A stretch of 64,000 nucleotides of DNA from Eledone cirrhosa (lineage: Eukaryota): assembly GCA_964016885.1 (NCBI GenBank), contig OZ024751.1:17546001-17610000 (forward strand), written 5' to 3'. Shown piece after piece: positions 40,969 to 53,606 of the stretch (position 1 is the stretch's first letter; every line of letters begins with the position of its first letter). A program made the position numbers and the translations under genes. The notes below the pieces were generated by a model, which was given only the letters and a program-made list of their open reading frames with translations, searched no databases and was not told the origin of the DNA.

Positions 40969-42504
40969 TACTCATCGATATCACCTGAAACTTTGAATAG
41001 AGCCATTAAGTTTGCTAAGGATAACTCCGACCTTACAAACGATGAAATTAAGATTATATTAGAAGCTAGGAAAACTATAGTCAAATTTGAGAACAGTTAT
41101 TGGGTACGTAAAGATAGACCCTCTAACTTTGACATAACAATGGGCTCTAACGATTCGGCGGAAATAACTGATATTGTGGGGTTATTTATCGCCTTTAGAC
41201 TCCAGGAAAAATTCAGCAATCTCCACGGCGGAATATACCGCGACGATGTTCTCCTCCTAGCTAAAAACCTTAATAACCAAAAACTAGAAAAACTACGCAA
41301 AGATATAAGAAAACTACTACTCGAAATAGGACTAACTATAACATATGAATACAACCTTAAAGTAGTTAACTTCCTGGATGTCACACTCAATTTAAACTCT
41401 GGTTTGATTAAACCGTTTCATAAATTGAATGAAAATCTCAAATACGTAAATGTTGGGTCTAACCACCCCATCTCTATAATTAAATCTATCCCTAAAAATA
41501 TTTCCCTTAGAATCTCGGGTCTATCTTCTAACATACAAGTATTTAAGGAACACGCCGAGTACTACGATAACGCCCTTAGTAAAGCAGGCTACCTCAACAA
41601 AATAGAGTACATAGATGGGAACAATCAAAACACCCAAAATAAATCCCACATAGGTAGATATAATAACACAACACCAAACCACACTTACTACCATAGTATG
41701 CACACCAGTAAACCAACAAACAAAACTAATAGAAAGCGATGCAAAGAGTACTTATGGTATAACCCCGAATACAATAGCTCCATTAGTACAAATTTACCAG
41801 TACTCTTCTTTAAAATAATTAAAAGACATTTTCCCACATCACACAAATACCACAAAATCCTAAACCCTACCACTATAAGACTGTCATACTCTACAGCGTT
41901 AAACCTTGAACAACACATAAAAAAGATCAATACTAGAAGGTTAAACGAAAACACTAAGAACTTAAGTACAAAGAACCCAAAAAAAACAGTAGACAATACA
42001 CTACAGAACATAAATAAACCACACCTAAGTTCGTCCGCAATACTACTCCAGAGAAAACCCAACGTACACAACTGTAACTGCACCTATCCTGACAACTGCC
42101 CCCTCGGCAATAACTGCCTAGAAAAAAATATTATTTATAAGTGTACCATTAAATCCGGAGGCAACGAGTGGTATTACGTGGGATCAACGGCAACATCGTT
42201 TAAATCTCGATTGTATAGGCATTCTTACTCAATAAAACACCAGAGCCAAAGAAATGTAACAACTTTAGCAGAGAAAGCTTGGACGCTCAGGGATAGCAAT
42301 CAAAAGTTTACCCTAAAATGGGAAAAATTAGCTAAAACCCAAAGCTTTTCCAGGAGCCAAAATTTCTGCAAATTGTGTAATCTTGAGATTTATTACATAA
42401 TCACACACAAGAAGAAACTGCTGAATAACAGAATTGAACGAACATTATTCTGCCGTCACAGAACTAAAACCCTTTTTTCCCACTACAAGCCGAATATTAC
42501 ATAA
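40969..42504 (+). CDS. Penelope-like reverse transcriptase plus GIY-YIG endonuclease (N-terminally truncated)
   Basis: FDITMGSNDSAE, GIYRDD, NFLDVTL, YVNVGSNHP (RT/thumb); CNC..CPL...C, IIYKC...YVGST...FKSR...H, CKLC...CRH (GIY-YIG with zinc motifs); no stops over 511 codons; the first 50 aa of the computed ORF are microsatellite. Confidence 0.92.
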   Translation, partial: YSSISPETLNRAIKFAKDNSDLTNDEIKIILEARKTIVKFENSYWVRKDRPSNFDITMGSNDSAEITDIVGLFIAFRLQEKFSNLHGGIYRDDVLLLAKNLNNQKLEKLRKDIRKLLLEIGLTITYEYNLKVVNFLDVTLNLNSGLIKPFHKLNENLKYVNVGSNHPISIIKSIPKNISLRISGLSSNIQVFKEHAEYYDNALSKAGYLNKIEYIDGNNQNTQNKSHIGRYNNTTPNHTYYHSMHTSKPTNKTNRKRCKEYLWYNPEYNSSISTNLPVLFFKIIKRHFPTSHKYHKILNPTTIRLSYSTALNLEQHIKKINTRRLNENTKNLSTKNPKKTVDNTLQNINKPHLSSSAILLQRKPNVHNCNCTYPDNCPLGNNCLEKNIIYKCTIKSGGNEWYYVGSTATSFKSRLYRHSYSIKHQSQRNVTTLAEKAWTLRDSNQKFTLKWEKLAKTQSFSRSQNFCKLCNLEIYYIITHKKKLLNNRIERTLFCRHRTKTLFSHYKPNIT

Positions 42505-42773
42505 AAGAGGGACATCCCCCAACTATATAAACCTTAATCTAGTTAGAAAAATATAAAAACAATCTCTTTTCAACATATATTAATAACCTTAAATTACCAT
42601 ACTAATAATGAAAAGATATGCTGATGAGAATAGGTACAAATATGCGATAATGAATGTGTCTAAAAACGTCCATAAGTATGTATATATATGTGAAAATGTA
42701 TATAAATAAGTAAATATATATATATGTTTGATGTGTATAGTTAGATGTAAGTGTATTCATGTATTAAAGTGCT

Positions 42774-42806
<33 letters not shown>

Positions 42807-42823
42807 ATATGTGTGTATATATG

Positions 42824-42870
<47 letters not shown>

Positions 42871-43460
42871 GTATATGTATGTATGTATATATATGTGTGT
42901 ATGTATGTATGTGTATATGGATGTGTATGTATGTGTATGTGTGTACACATGGACTAGAGTATGTATGTATATATGTGTGTGTCTATACGTGTGTATATAT
43001 AAAGATAAGTTGAGTATAAAAATGTATACACATGAGCGCGTATGTATGTACATGAATACAAGTGTGTATATATATGTGTATGCATGTGTATATATATGTA
43101 AGTATGAATATGTGAATTGTGAGTATATGTATTTTGTAGAGGTGTGCAAATATATTTGTGTGTGAATGCGTGGGTGAAAGAATACGTACACTTGAAAGAA
43201 AAATTTAAGTCTGAATGTTAAGTGCAAACACAAAACCAACCACGCATATCTTTACTATCTCTAATCCTTCTATAGATTTAGAAAAATAACCAATAATATA
43301 TTCTATAAAAAATGTCAAAACAACAGATGGGAATCTAATTAATCACTGCCACCAAGAATTCTCACTGCTATCGAAAAACCACTCCTTCAACTATTCTTCT
43401 AACAACTTCACCCCTTCCTCCTAATATTCTCTATAAAAACTAAATAGGTCCTCAGTAATA

Positions 43461-43577
43461 TTATTCTGATGAAATGACAGTAAACAATAACATTGAAATA
43501 TTGAATATCTGCATAACTAAAAGTTTGTAGATAGCTGTTTTAGGTTATGTAACTGTTATAGAAACACGTGTCAATAA
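43461..43577 (+). ncRNA. Hammerhead ribozyme with an approximately 90-nt stem II, in the pLTR
   Basis: TTATT-CTGATGA-aATGACAGT...ACTGTTATa-GAAA-CACGTG-TC^AATAA. Confidence 0.75.
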
Positions 43578-43724
43578 ATTCCTTTCAACTAAACTGTATC
43601 CATTCAAATCTTTCTATTTTTCTCCGGATTACTTTTGGAACTACAACTGGAACCGTCGAGCAAACTCTACGTGAGCTGATAATCTACTGTGTGTAATATT
43701 TATATTACAACACAACGGAAAAAA

Positions 43725-43785
<61 letters not shown>

Positions 43786-43800
43786 CATACATACATACAT

Positions 43801-44408
43801 GGTGGCTGCCAACTCGTTTTCGAGTATGGCCACTACTTTATATCCATGTAGGAGAACCCCTACCGATGCGCTGAACGAGTGTGACCTTTTAATCCAGCCA
43901 GCGACTTGAAAACTCTGGTACAAACACTACACTTGTGACAATTATTGACACATAGTGCTGGAACCATTGTACCATGTGACGACAAGTGCAGAGAGATCTC
44001 CAGATATAAAGCAATGCCTGTGCCGTGAAGCTTTTATAGTGAGCAAAGGCACTGCACAAAGCCAGTCCACTCTCTTAACCAAGATGATATTTACCGAAAA
44101 GAAGAACAAGTCAACATCATTGGATACCATCAGGGTTGCAGGTGTTATATCAGAGTTCTCCTTCTCCTAGAATTCTGCCTTGACAAAGGCTAAGGGGCCA
44201 TGTCTCCCGGTGATTTTGGATGGCCATTGACTCTTAAGAGGCCATCTGCCCTTTGACAGGTTTTGTTTTTAGTCCTGCAGGATGTCCAAAGTCACCCTCC
44301 TCACCAAGAAACCTTGGTGGGTTTGCCAGTTTAGTCGCCAACGACCCGACCATGAGACAGGTTGTACTGGGATACAGGTTACCAGTAGCACCAACTGGTG
44401 ACCTGACA
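43801..44408 (-). mobile_element. Non-autonomous RTE-derived retroposon (about 610 bp) with (ATGT)n tail
   Basis: Three copies; RTE-like 5'UTR motif CTAGGAGAAGGA(A/G)AACTCTGA; C2H2 remnant near the 3' end. Confidence 0.75.
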
Positions 44409-44493
44409 ATATATATATACATACATACATACATACGTACATGATGGCTGCCCCCTCGTTATCGAGTATGGCCATTGCACAAAAAAAAAAAAA

Positions 44494-44494
<1 letters not shown>

Positions 44495-44533
<39 letters not shown>

Positions 44534-45650
44534 TTTTCTTTATTAACCACAAGGGTTCACATAAAGTAGACATTAAGGACAGTACAGGACAATACAGGAC
44601 GGTACAAATGGGCATTTCTGCGTGTAAAAAAACAGAGGTTGAAATAAAATAACAAAGAAAAATTCCCCAATAGGGGGGAGACTTCCAAGGGACATTTGTG
44701 GAGAAAGCCCATTAAAAGACCACAGTGGCCCTGACCACCAGGGCAAGTGCCCTCTCCCAGTTTTCCACCTTTAATTTACAGACACATACTCAGAGAAGGC
44801 CCATTCATTCGGGCCATACTTGCTTCTCTCACCCATCTTTCAACAAAATGCTGGGAAGAGAGCACTTCCCTCTCTACCCTGATTTTCCTTTTCAAATGAA
44901 ATTTGAAAAAGTTAATCAGGGCATCACCGAAGAGGTAAGTGCTCGTCTTCAGCCCTTTCAAACGTGTCCACCATACTATCTCTTTCGCCATGGCCACCAG
45001 ACAGATAAAAACTGCCTGCCCTTCCAGGCTAAAGGAAGGGGGCGGGGCAATCCTCACGATGGACTCAGCTGATAGCTGGATCCGTCCTACACGTGACAGC
45101 AGGTGTTCGACATAAACCCACAAGTCAGCAATGCTCGGACACTGGACGAGTGCGTGCAGGACGGTTTCGTCGCCCTGCGCGCATCTCGGACATGCCCGGT
45201 TGACGGCACCTCCATGCCTGTAGAGTTTATCCCGAACTGGCAAAGCTTCTCGGTAGCACTGCCAGGCCAGGGATTTCTGGAAGTTGTCCATAGGCCCCGG
45301 CCCGAAAGTCCTTCCGAAGAGATTGGCTAGTTGATTTTCGTCGACGCCTAGAGTTTCTCCAAGTACGTCGTCGCTCTTCCCCTCCACTAATCCCCTATAG
45401 AACGCCAAGGTGGAGTTTCCACCGATCACATTGCCCGATTGGTCGAGGGCTGTGAGCGCCTGAAGACAGTCCAGTCTCCAAGCGCTCCCTCTCGGTCTTC
45501 GCTTGACCCAGGACTGCAGCTCCGTCAAGGAGACGAGCTGGAGAAAAACGTGTCTTGCAAACGGCGACCACACCTGATCACCGTCGAGGAAGAGGTGGAG
45601 ATGTCGTAGCCTGAGCGCGTGTCTGCGCATCATCAGCCACGGCATGCCCA
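44495..45650 (-). mobile_element. L1/Tx1-clade LINE 3' fragment with zf-RVT domain and (TTA)n tail
   Basis: W...REALPVRDKL...CPRC...ETVLHALVQC motif; stop at 44776; AATAAA then (TTA)n. Confidence 0.85.
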
Positions 45651-45696
45651 GCCCTCCACATACACTCACACATATATACACACATACATTAATAAC

Positions 45697-45733
<37 letters not shown>

Positions 45734-45812
45734 GCAATAATAATAATAACGACAACAACAATAATAATATACATATTCATATATATATACACACACACGC
45801 ACGCACATAAGC

Positions 45813-45889
<77 letters not shown>

Positions 45890-45892
<3 letters not shown>

Positions 45893-46715
45893 TAGCAACT
45901 AACAGTGCTGCGATCGAATGTGGCTTTTTAGCCCAGCCAATGATCTAAAATGTCTTGCACAGAGTCGGCAACCAAAACATTTACTGGGAATAGTCGGCTG
46001 TGGTTGGAGTTCGTGTACTTTTGCATGTCGCTTGAGTCCTCCTGCTGATTTACATTCTCTACCACATGTTTGGCAAGCATGATGAGTAGCATCTCCAACA
46101 GCAGCCTGGTAGTCAACCACTGGTCTTACTTTATGACTGCGAAGATGACTTTCGAGTCCAGCTTTGCTTAGGCAGAGTCTCGCACAGACGCTGCATGTCA
46201 GAACCATAGGAGGACCCTCGCCGTCTGGAAGTGCAACAGCAATGCCCTCCCTCAGGTCCCGCTTTACTTTCTCGTGTGCGATTCGAGATGCCTCAAAGGC
46301 AACTTTTCCCTCATATACAGTCTTTCTCCATTTATTACGATCAGCAGCAATATTTTCCCATGTATCAGCAGAGATGTTAGCGTCTTTCAGAGAGGCTTTC
46401 AAGGAATCCTTATACCTCTTTTTTCGTTTATGTGGCGGTCGTTTTCCTTTAACCAACTCTCCATAGAAGAGTTGTTTTGGTATTCTAGAATCCTTCATCC
46501 TGGCAAGGTGACCACTCCAACGGAGTCGCTGCTTAAGCACAAGAGCTTCTATACTGTCACACATAGAGCTTTCCAAAATCTCGACATCACTGATGTGGTC
46601 CCTCCAGTGAACGCCATGGATCCGTCTGAGACACATCTGATGGAAACGCTCCAATTGCTTAAGGTGGCGTCGATATGTGACCCAGGTCTCGCAGGCATAA
46701 AGAAGACAAGAGAGT
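45890..46715 (-). mobile_element. RTE-clade LINE 3' fragment (RT C-terminus plus 3 C2H2 fingers)
   Basis: LLYACETW, LERFHQMCLRRI, LRWSGHLARM...IPKQLFYGEL, three CxxC...H motifs. Confidence 0.9.
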
Positions 46716-46749
46716 ACACATACATACATACATACATACATACATACAT

Positions 46750-47158
46750 GGTGGCTGCCAACTCGTTTTCGAGTACGGCCACTACTTTATATCCATGTAG
46801 GAGAACCCCTACCGATGCGCTGAACGAATGTGACTTTAGTCCAGCCAGCGACTTGAAAACTCTGGTACAAAGACTACACTTGTGACCATTATTGACACAT
46901 AGTGCAGGGCCCATGGTACCATGTGATGACAAGTGCAGAGAGATCTCCAGATATAAAGCAATGCCTGTGCTGTGAAGCTTTTATAGTGAGCAAAGGCACT
47001 GCACAAAGCCAGTCCCACTCTCTTAACCAAGATGATATTTACCAAAAAGAAGAACAGGTCAACATCATTGGATACCATCAGGGTTGCAGGTGTTATATCA
47101 GAGTTTTCCTTCTCCTAGAATTCTGCCTTGACAAAGGCTAAGGGGTCATCTCTCCCGG
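46750..47158 (-). mobile_element. Non-autonomous RTE-derived retroposon, 5'-truncated copy
   Basis: Homologous to 43801-44210. Confidence 0.8.
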
Positions 47159-47159
47159 C

Positions 47160-48076
47160 ATATACATGCATATATACATACATGTACATATACATATAAG
47201 CATACATACACGCATATATACATATATATACATACATACATATATATATACATACATACATACATATACATACATACACACACATATACATACATACACA
47301 CATACATACATACACACACATATACATACATACACACATATATATACATACACACATATACATACATATATACATATACATACACACACATACATACATA
47401 TACACATACATACATACATACATACACATATACATACATACATATATACATACATACATATACACATACATACACATATACATACATACATATACATATA
47501 CATACACACATATACATGCATACATATACATACATACATACATACATATACATACATACACATACATATACACATATACATACATATACATACACACATA
47601 CATACATACATACATATACATACACACATATACATACATATACACATACATACATATATACATATACATACATATACACATACATACACATATACACATA
47701 CATACATATATACATACATACATATATACACATATACATACATATACATACATACATACATATACATACATATACATACATACATACACATACATACATA
47801 TACATACATACATACATATACATACACATACATACATACATACATACATACATACATACATACATACACATACATACATACATATATACACATACATACA
47901 TACATATACATACATACATATACATACATACATACATATACATATATATACATACATACATATATACATATACATACATATACACATATACATACATACA
48001 TATATATACATACATACACATACACAGATACATACATATACACATACATACATACATATATATACATACATACATA
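47160..48076. repeat. (CATA)n-derived tract (expanded tail of the adjacent element)
   Basis: Direct reading. Confidence 0.95.
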
Positions 48077-48077
48077 T

Positions 48078-48686
48078 GGTGGCTGCCAACTCGTTTTCGA
48101 GTACGGCCACTACTTTATATCCATGTAGGAGAACCCCTACCGATGCGCTGAACGAGTGTGACTTTTTAGTCCAGCCAGCGACTTGAAAACTCTGGTACAA
48201 ACACTACACTTGTGACAATTACTGACACATAGTGCTGGGCCCATGGTACCATGTGACGACAAGTGCAGAGAGATCTCCAGATATAAAGCAATGCCTGTGC
48301 CGTGAAGCTTTTATAGTGAGCAAAGGCACTGCACAAAGCCAGTCCCACTCTCTTAACCAAGATGATATTTACCAAAAAGAAGAACAAGTCAACATCATTG
48401 GATACCATCAGGGTTGCAGGTGTTATATCAGAGTTTTCCTTCTCCTAGAATTCTGCCTTGACAAAGGCTAAGGGGTCATCTCTCCCGGTGATTTTGGATG
48501 GCCATTGACTCTTAAGAGCTCCTTTGCCCTTTGACAGGTTTTGTTTTTAGTCCTGCAGGATGTCCAAAGTCACCCTCCTCACCAAGAAACCTTGGTGGGG
48601 TTGCCAGTTTAGTCGCCAACGACCCGACCATGGGACAGGTTGTACTGGGATACATGTTACCAGTAGCACCAACTGGTGACCTGACA
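48078..48686 (-). mobile_element. Non-autonomous RTE-derived retroposon, full copy
   Basis: Same ends as 43801-44408; encodes [25 protein letters not shown]. Confidence 0.8.
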
Positions 48687-48696
48687 AAAACATACA

Positions 48697-48728
<32 letters not shown>

Positions 48729-48884
48729 AAGAAGGAAAATGGATTTTGTGTCCTCAGGCGGAAACCTTGTCGTTGCCAATATCTTAACATATTATGTAAA
48801 TACTCTTATATACAAAGCAATTGTTCGTGTTCATATAACAGAGGTATACTTTTGTCTATTGTATACATTTCTCAAGTCTGTATG

Positions 48885-49143
48885 TAGCCTGGATACTCAT
48901 TAGATCTGTGCTTCTCCCCGTCTACGTGGCGTGACGACTCTCCCCTGTACAGGACACCAGTCCATCACATGGTTAAACCTCCACCTATTGCTGGTATCCA
49001 TTTTCAGCTAAGTATATTGGAGCAACGTGAAAAGAAGTGTTTTGCTCAAGAACACAACACAACACATCACATCTCCCAATTCAGTTATCGAACCCACGAC
49101 ATTATGATCGCAAATTCAACACACTTACCACTAGGCCACGCGT
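48885..49143 (-). mobile_element. CORE-like tRNA-SINE with a GATGGACTGG..TCC tail
   Basis: TGGCCTAGTGG A box, GGTTCGAT B box, TTCTTGAGCAAAACACTT. Confidence 0.75.
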
Positions 49144-49349
49144 TTCCACTATCGTATGTAAGATATCACCTACATTCCCGGTGTTCAACATAACAATAAC
49201 ACAAAATAGTGTTACCCATATATAATCATTTAATGTATTCAGCTATAGAAATGATGTACGAAAAACTTGCAGCTGTCAGTTGTAGTCGACCATGAATTGA
49301 TAGTATATATCTTGCTTTTGTAAAGTGACTGAATCGCCCAAAACAGTTG

Positions 49350-49780
49350 ACAGCTGGAAGGAAAGAGGCGTGCCCGGTTCCGTCCGACAGGTCCGCGGTC
49401 GTACCCTTGGCAGTGAAGACTTCTGGTGTCCTTGGTCCTAGGGCTACCTCCCTACTCACCACCATAGGCGCTGAGCTGACCAGCCGCAGGTGTGAGCCCC
49501 GCGGGTCGGAATGGCTCTTTCAGCGCATCTCCCTTGCCATCTTCCGGGGAAACGCATTCTCCATTCTGTCCGCCGGGGCTGTGAGAAGGGAGACCAGCAC
49601 GTGGGACCCCATTTGCTCACCATACGGAGAGATGGGGTGAGCGAGAGAGATGGAGGCGATGACAGTGGGTGTTCGGCTCTCCCACGTTCGGACCATATCC
49701 TTGTGGTTGTGTTCATTAAGCAGTTAATGAGTCTGTTTATGTATAAACTCAATAGTGTATATTGTGTATATATCATTTAA
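49350..49780 (+). mobile_element. CRE-like non-LTR retrotransposon 3' fragment (restriction-like endonuclease C-terminus)
   Basis: PLAVKTSGVLGPRA...WLFQRISLAIFRGNAFSIL; inverted partial copy at 50068-50258. Confidence 0.75.
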
Positions 49781-50261
49781 TACACTTGTGTTTTATGTAT
49801 ACCCCAATAATAGAAACATAGGGTAATTTATGACATCTTTCTAATCTACGATTGCTGCTATTTTGTCGATTAAAAGACCACCACTTCGCTATTTAAACTA
49901 CCCACTCGGTTAGTACTTTGTTTATGTACTCAGGAATGGATCTTTGGCAAAGTGAACCTCGGCGGAGTTTGATCTCAGAATGCAGAGATATGGAACAACG
50001 ATATTTTCTACCTAAAGAGAAGTAATAACTAGGATTAACTCAATCCCATTACTGCACTAGGGCTTGGTGAACACAACCACAAGGATATGGTCCGAACGTG
50101 GAAGAGCCGAACACCCACTCTCATCGCCTCTATCTCTCTCGCCCTCCCCATCTATATGTATGGTGAGCAAATGGGGTCCCACGTGCTGGCATTTCCACAG
50201 CCCCGGCGGACAGAATGGAGAAGGCATTTCCCCGGAGGATGGTCAGGGAGATACGCTGGAA

Positions 50262-50375
50262 ACAACTATATATTCAACACCAAAAAGACTCTACAAACCG
50301 ACCGCTTATGTTGATGATATAAACTTCGTAACAGACTGACCGGAAAGTTACGAGCAATTAAAGGAAGTTTAACAG
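50262..50375 (+). pseudogene. Short LINE RT remnant
   Basis: KPTAYVDDINFVTD followed by a stop. Confidence 0.4.
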
Positions 50376-51122
50376 GAAAGTGAAAATATATTTCCCAGCA
50401 TTAGAAAGATTCCATTTATAAACACTAACACATACAACGCACTCATTCATTTTACACCAAGCACAATCACACTATATACTTAAATAGAATCAGAGAACAT
50501 CCACTTTAATACAAAATGTCAGTGCTGACAGCATTAATGGGTTTCTAGACAAAGGAAGTACTAACTGGAGAAATCCATTGTAGAAAACAAACGCTAATTG
50601 ACAACAGATGTGCAATAAACTAATAAAATAAATAGACGAGCATCAAAATGGCGGATTCAGCGCAACATCGAATGGAATAGTTCTCTACACCAGAGTGTCT
50701 CAAACGTTTTGGGCCGCAGCCCTTCTCATGTAATACCCTCACGCCAACCACCAGTGCCCCCTGGAGCATCTCAACGTCCCCACCGGGGACGGTAGCATCC
50801 ACTTTCAGAACCTCTGCTGTACACTTTTGGTTCGAGTCACGCTGCGGTCGACAGTGCCTATCATTCTTGTATATTGGGGTCGATTCTTCCACCATATTGC
50901 TTTCTGATTTCCTCAAATATTTCTCTATACCTATCATGCTTACGTTTTGTGAAATATATCAGCTGCGTTAAAAAAATCTGGATTGAGTGGGGTCCGCCAT
51001 GTTTAGTTGTCATAGACACATCACATGTGAGTGTATGTGTATATACATATATGTGTATGTATAACTATATATATATATGTATTTTTACAAATATATTGGC
51101 TATTTTTGTTTAATATATAATA

Positions 51123-51156
<34 letters not shown>

Positions 51157-51207
51157 CAGTATACATATACTTCTGTATATGAATATATGTGTATGTATAT
51201 ATGTATA

Positions 51208-51238
<31 letters not shown>

Positions 51239-51241
51239 ACA

Positions 51242-51276
<35 letters not shown>

Positions 51277-51301
51277 GTATACGTATACTTCTGTATATAA
51301 A

Positions 51302-51336
<35 letters not shown>

Positions 51337-51564
51337 GCGTGTATGTATGTATACATATATACACTATACATATACTTCTGTATATAAATATATATGTATA
51401 TATATATATGTGTGTGTGTGCATATATACAGTATACATATACTTCTGTATATAAATATGTGTGTGTATATATATGTATATATGTGTGTGTATGTGTGTAT
51501 GTATACATATATACAGCATACATATACGTCTGTATATATACGTGTATATATATATTTGTGTGTG

Positions 51565-51596
<32 letters not shown>

Positions 51597-51630
51597 TATA
51601 TATATACACATATATATATACACATATATA

Positions 51631-52220
51631 CAAACAACTCTGTTACGGAGAGTTGGTTAAAGGAAAACGACCGCCACATAAACCAAAAAAGAGGTATAAG
51701 GATTCCTTGAAAGCCTCTCTGAAAGACGCTAACATCTCTGCTGATACATGGGAAAATATTGCTGCTGATCGTAATAAATGGAGAAAGACTGTATATGAGG
51801 GAAAAGTTGCCTTTGAGGCATCTCGAATCGCATACGAGAAAGTAAAGCGGGATGTGAGGAAGGGCATTGCTGTTGCACTTCCAGACGGCGAGGGTCCTCC
51901 TATGGTGCTAACATGCAGCGTCTGTGCGAGACTCTGCCTAAGCAAAGCTGGACTCGAAAGTCATCTTCGCAGTCATAAAGTAAGACCAATGGTTGACTAC
52001 CAGGCTGCTGTTGGAGATGCTACTCATCATGCTTGCCAAACATGTGGTAGAGAATGTAGATCAGCAGGAGGGCTCAAGCGACATGCAAAATTACATGAAC
52101 TCCAACCACAGCCGACTATTCCCAGTGAATGTTTTGGTTACCGACTCTGTGCAAGACATTTTAGATCATTGGCTGGGCTAAAAAGCCACATTCGATCGCA
52201 GCGTTGTTAGTTGCTATCGT
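51631..52220 (+). mobile_element. RTE-clade LINE 3' fragment, second copy
   Basis: Near-identical to 45890-46478 in the opposite orientation, with a similar microsatellite tail. Confidence 0.9.
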
Positions 52221-52413
52221 GTGTGTGTCTGTATAGATATGTTTATGTGTGTGCGTGTGTGTGTATATATAGATATGTATATGTATATTATTATTGTTGT
52301 TGTTGTCGTTATTATTATTATTATTATTTGTGTTAATGTATGTGTGTGTATGTATATATATGTGTGTGTCTCTGTGTTTGTGTGTGTGTCTGTGTCTCAG
52401 TGTTTGTGTGTTT

Positions 52414-52454
<41 letters not shown>

Positions 52455-52764
52455 TGTGTGTGTGTGTGTGTATGTGTGTGTGTGTGTGTGTGTGTGCGTG
52501 CGTGTGCGTGTGTGTGTGTGTGTTTGTATTAAGTTGAAAATATTTCATATGGCAGATGTTGTATTTGCTATATTACAGAATATACTTAATGAAGAGATTA
52601 ATAAGCAAATAGATATTAAATATTTAAATACAAAGCAGGCTGATTGAAACGATGAACATTTTGGGGGGAAATTAATATATGTAACCATTCTAAGGCGGGT
52701 AAAATTCCCGAGATCCATGGACGAGTTCTCTCCAGCGGTCTCTGTCCCTCATTATCGCTGCCAT

Positions 52765-53010
52765 GTCCTGCGTCTCCAACAGAGGATGGCTCTGAACATT
52801 AATCAGTATACACTGAGGATGAAAAACTCAGAGTTGTATGGGAGCATCCCAAACGTCAGCTCAAAAGTGATACAGACGAGACTGAGGTTAGCTGGAGATG
52901 CTCACCGACATCCAGAGTTGACCTTGCACTCAGTGCTCCTTTGGGAGCCCCTACATGGACACACTAGAAGAGGAAGACGAAGGTTAATGTATGTTGATGC
53001 CCTAAGGACA
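52765..53010 (+). pseudogene. RTE/RTE-X LINE C-terminal remnant
   Basis: RMALNI...NSELYG...RLRLAGDAHRH...VLLWEP.HG..RRGR....YVDAL. Confidence 0.75.
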
Positions 53011-53139
53011 TGGCAGCGATATTTTAACATGTATTACTTTAATGTATTACTTTAATGTATAATTGATGGGAGATTACAATTTTTATCCGTTTCCTTGCCA
53101 TATTTCTACTCAAATATACTACCTATTATTTTCACATTT

Positions 53140-53494
53140 TGGCAGTATCGGTAGAGCGACAGACGCCATTCTTTGCAGTATAGAGTCATGGCCCTTTACG
53201 GTCTGAGTTCAAATCCAGGCCGAGGTGAACTTTTCCTTTCATCCTTACAGGGTCGATAAAATAAAGTACCAGTAATGTACTGAGGTAATTGCAGGCCTTG
53301 TGCCAAAAGTAGAAACAATTATTTTCACTGTGTCGGACGCCATGCCTTGACGCATAGAGTTACAGCCCTTTATGATCTGAGTTCAAATCCCGCCGAGGTT
53401 AACTTTTCCTTTCATCCTTACAGGGTCGATAAAATAAAGTACCAGTAATGTACTCGTGTAGTTACTGGCCTCGTGCCAAAAGTAGAAACTATTA
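53140..53494 (+). mobile_element. Two tandem SINE family 1 copies
   Basis: Consensus motifs occur twice. Confidence 0.9.
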
Positions 53495-53557
53495 TTGTCA
53501 ATATAGTCAGTAGCCATTTATATATAAATTTAGCCACTGCTATCCGTCCGTCAGACA

Positions 53558-53606
<49 letters not shown>

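Larger units (their letters stand above)
40153..43727 (+). mobile_element. Penelope-like element (Naiad-like), 5'-truncated, with an inverted pLTR
   Basis: Near-identical inverted repeats 40153-40968 / 42801-43616 around an RT-GIY-YIG ORF; about 110-bp tail; (TA)n flanks. Confidence 0.9.

Noticed and set aside
42614-42660. CTGATGA in the PLE 3'UTR
   Set aside because: No GAAA with stems II and III downstream.
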